From: a virus
Lineage: Duplodnaviria; Heunggongvirae; Uroviricota; Caudoviricetes
DNA length: 7,812 nucleotides
IMG/VR virus record: IMGVR_UViG_2681813227_000024
Direction: 5' to 3' (one strand)
The notes beneath the pieces are model-generated. The model was not told the origin of the DNA, did no database searches, and saw only the letters and a program-made list of their open reading frames with translations. Within the stretch, counting starts at the first letter, position 1. Each line of letters begins with the position of its first letter. Shown in pieces: positions 6,577-7,812 of this stretch. A program made the position numbers and the translations under genes.

Positions 6577-7812
6577 ATGTCTAAATTACCAACAGGTGTC
6601 GAGATTAGAGGTAGAAACATTCGCATCTGGTTCATGTTTCGAGGAAAACGATGTCGGGAAACATTAAAAGGCTGGGAGATTACAAACAGTAATATTAAAA
6701 AGGCCGGAAATTTAAGAGCGCTGATAGTTCATGAAATAAACTCCGGTGAATTTGAGTATTTAAGACGTTTTCCCCAGTCCAGCACTGGGGCAAAAATGGT
6801 GACAACGAGAGTCATAAAAACGTTCGGGGAGCTTTGTGATATCTGGACAAAAATTAAAGAGACAGAGTTAACAACAAACACAATGAAGAAAACGAAATCA
6901 CAATTAAAAACACTCAGAATAATAATTTGTGAAAGTACCCCGATATCATATATTCGTTATAGCGATATCTTAAACTACCGGAATAAACTGCTGCATGGAG
7001 AAACGCTTTACCTGGATAATCCAAGATCCAACAAAAAAGGAAGAACCGTGCGCACAGTTGATAACTATATCGCCCTGCTCTGTTCGCTGTTACGTTTTGC
7101 GTATCAGTCGGGATTTATATCAACCAAACCATTTGAAGGAGTAAAAAAATTACAGCGAAACAGAATAAAGCCTGACCCGTTATCTAAAACAGAATTCAAT
7201 GCATTAATGGAAAGTGAAAAAGGACAGAGCCAAAACTTGTGGAAATTTGCCGTTTACTCCGGGCTTCGTCACGGGGAACTGGCAGCTCTGGCGTGGGAGG
7301 ATGTGGATTTCGAGAAGGGAACTGTGAATGTCAGAAGAAACCTGACGATACTGGATATGTTCGGTCCCCCAAAAACAAATGCCGGGATCCGGACAGTAAC
7401 ATTACTGCAGCCTGCTCTTGAAGCACTGAAGGAGCAATACAAACTGACCGGGCATCATCGCAAAAGCGAAATCACCTTTTATCATCGGGAGTACGGCAGA
7501 ACCGAAAAGCAAAAACTGCATTTTGTTTTCATGCCCAGGGTGTGTAACGGAAAACAGAAACCTTATTACTCGGTAAGCAGTTTGGGGGCAAGGTGGAATG
7601 CAGCAGTAAAACGTGCTGGTATTCGCCGCCGTAATCCGTACCATACGCGGCATACTTTTGCCTGCTGGCTGTTGACGGCAGGAGCGAACCCGGCATTTAT
7701 AGCCAGCCAGATGGGGCATGAAACTGCGCAGATGGTGTATGAAATTTACGGTATGTGGATTGATGATATGAACGACGAACAGGTAGCCATGTTGAATGCG
7801 CGGCTATCGTAG
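6577..7812 (+). CDS. intR: IntR, Rac prophage tyrosine site-specific integrase, 411 aa
   Basis: The N-terminus MSKLPTGVEIRGRNIRIWFMFRGKRCRETLKGW matches Rac IntR as I recall it (lambda-Int-like arm-binding region). The C-terminal catalytic region has the tyrosine-recombinase signature (R...HTRHTFACWLL...GH...YEIYGMW, i.e. HxxR box and C-terminal catalytic Tyr). Full length with TAG at 7810-7812. Confidence 0.95.
   Translation: MSKLPTGVEIRGRNIRIWFMFRGKRCRETLKGWEITNSNIKKAGNLRALIVHEINSGEFEYLRRFPQSSTGAKMVTTRVIKTFGELCDIWTKIKETELTTNTMKKTKSQLKTLRIIICESTPISYIRYSDILNYRNKLLHGETLYLDNPRSNKKGRTVRTVDNYIALLCSLLRFAYQSGFISTKPFEGVKKLQRNRIKPDPLSKTEFNALMESEKGQSQNLWKFAVYSGLRHGELAALAWEDVDFEKGTVNVRRNLTILDMFGPPKTNAGIRTVTLLQPALEALKEQYKLTGHHRKSEITFYHREYGRTEKQKLHFVFMPRVCNGKQKPYYSVSSLGARWNAAVKRAGIRRRNPYHTRHTFACWLLTAGANPAFIASQMGHETAQMVYEIYGMWIDDMNDEQVAMLNARLS

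Larger units (their letters stand above)
1..7812. mobile_element. Rac-like cryptic lambdoid prophage, early-left arm (kil / recombination / excision-integration), partial; ends not in window
   Basis: Co-linear + strand gene order ydaG-ydaF-[variable module]-kilR-ydaE-racC-recE-recT-ralR-ydaC-xis-int, matching the K-12 Rac early-left operon as I recall it. A tyrosine integrase sits at the right edge with an excisionase immediately upstream. No att site is visible; it is expected beyond the 3' end of int. Confidence 0.85.

Noticed and set aside
7239-7719. ORFs 7239..7421 (+, 60 aa) and 7402..7719 (-, 105 aa) inside int
   Set aside because: Both are out-of-frame or antisense overlaps of the integrase gene with Gly/Cys/Arg-rich noncoding-like translations.
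1-7812. CRISPR arrays, tRNA/rRNA genes, IS elements or a phage att site
   Set aside because: No tandem spaced repeats, no cloverleaf-like tRNA candidates, no transposase ORF or terminal inverted repeats seen. The att core is expected beyond the 3' end of int, outside this window.

Overview
This window is the early-left arm of a Rac-like cryptic lambdoid prophage of Escherichia coli or a close relative, in reverse orientation relative to my memory of the K-12 Rac map. All real genes read on the + strand: ydaG-like, ydaF-like, a ~315-bp region with no credible ORF, a Rha-family regulator gene, kilR, ydaE, racC, recE, recT, ralR (interrupted by an in-frame TGA), ydaC-like, xisR and intR. Homology calls rest on recognising the translated proteins from memory; no database search was run. 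Several short genes (ydaG, ydaF, ydaE, ralR) are missing from the supplied ORF track, and several track ORFs have over-extended 5' ends (racC, recT, xisR, ydaC, possibly the Rha gene). Minus-strand track ORFs all look like antisense artefacts. The points most worth follow-up are: (1) the ralR toxin gene carries a premature stop that splits its zinc ribbon; (2) the position where K-12 Rac carries sieB holds a different module, a Rha-family gene with an odd in-frame 99-codon upstream extension containing a terminator-like palindrome; (3) a structured apparently non-coding region with two terminator-like hairpins upstream of the kilR-recET genes; (4) a perfect 10-bp hairpin between racC and recE; (5) a perfect 16-bp AT-rich palindrome upstream of xis-int. 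No tRNA, rRNA, CRISPR array or IS element was seen. The attachment site lies outside the window.
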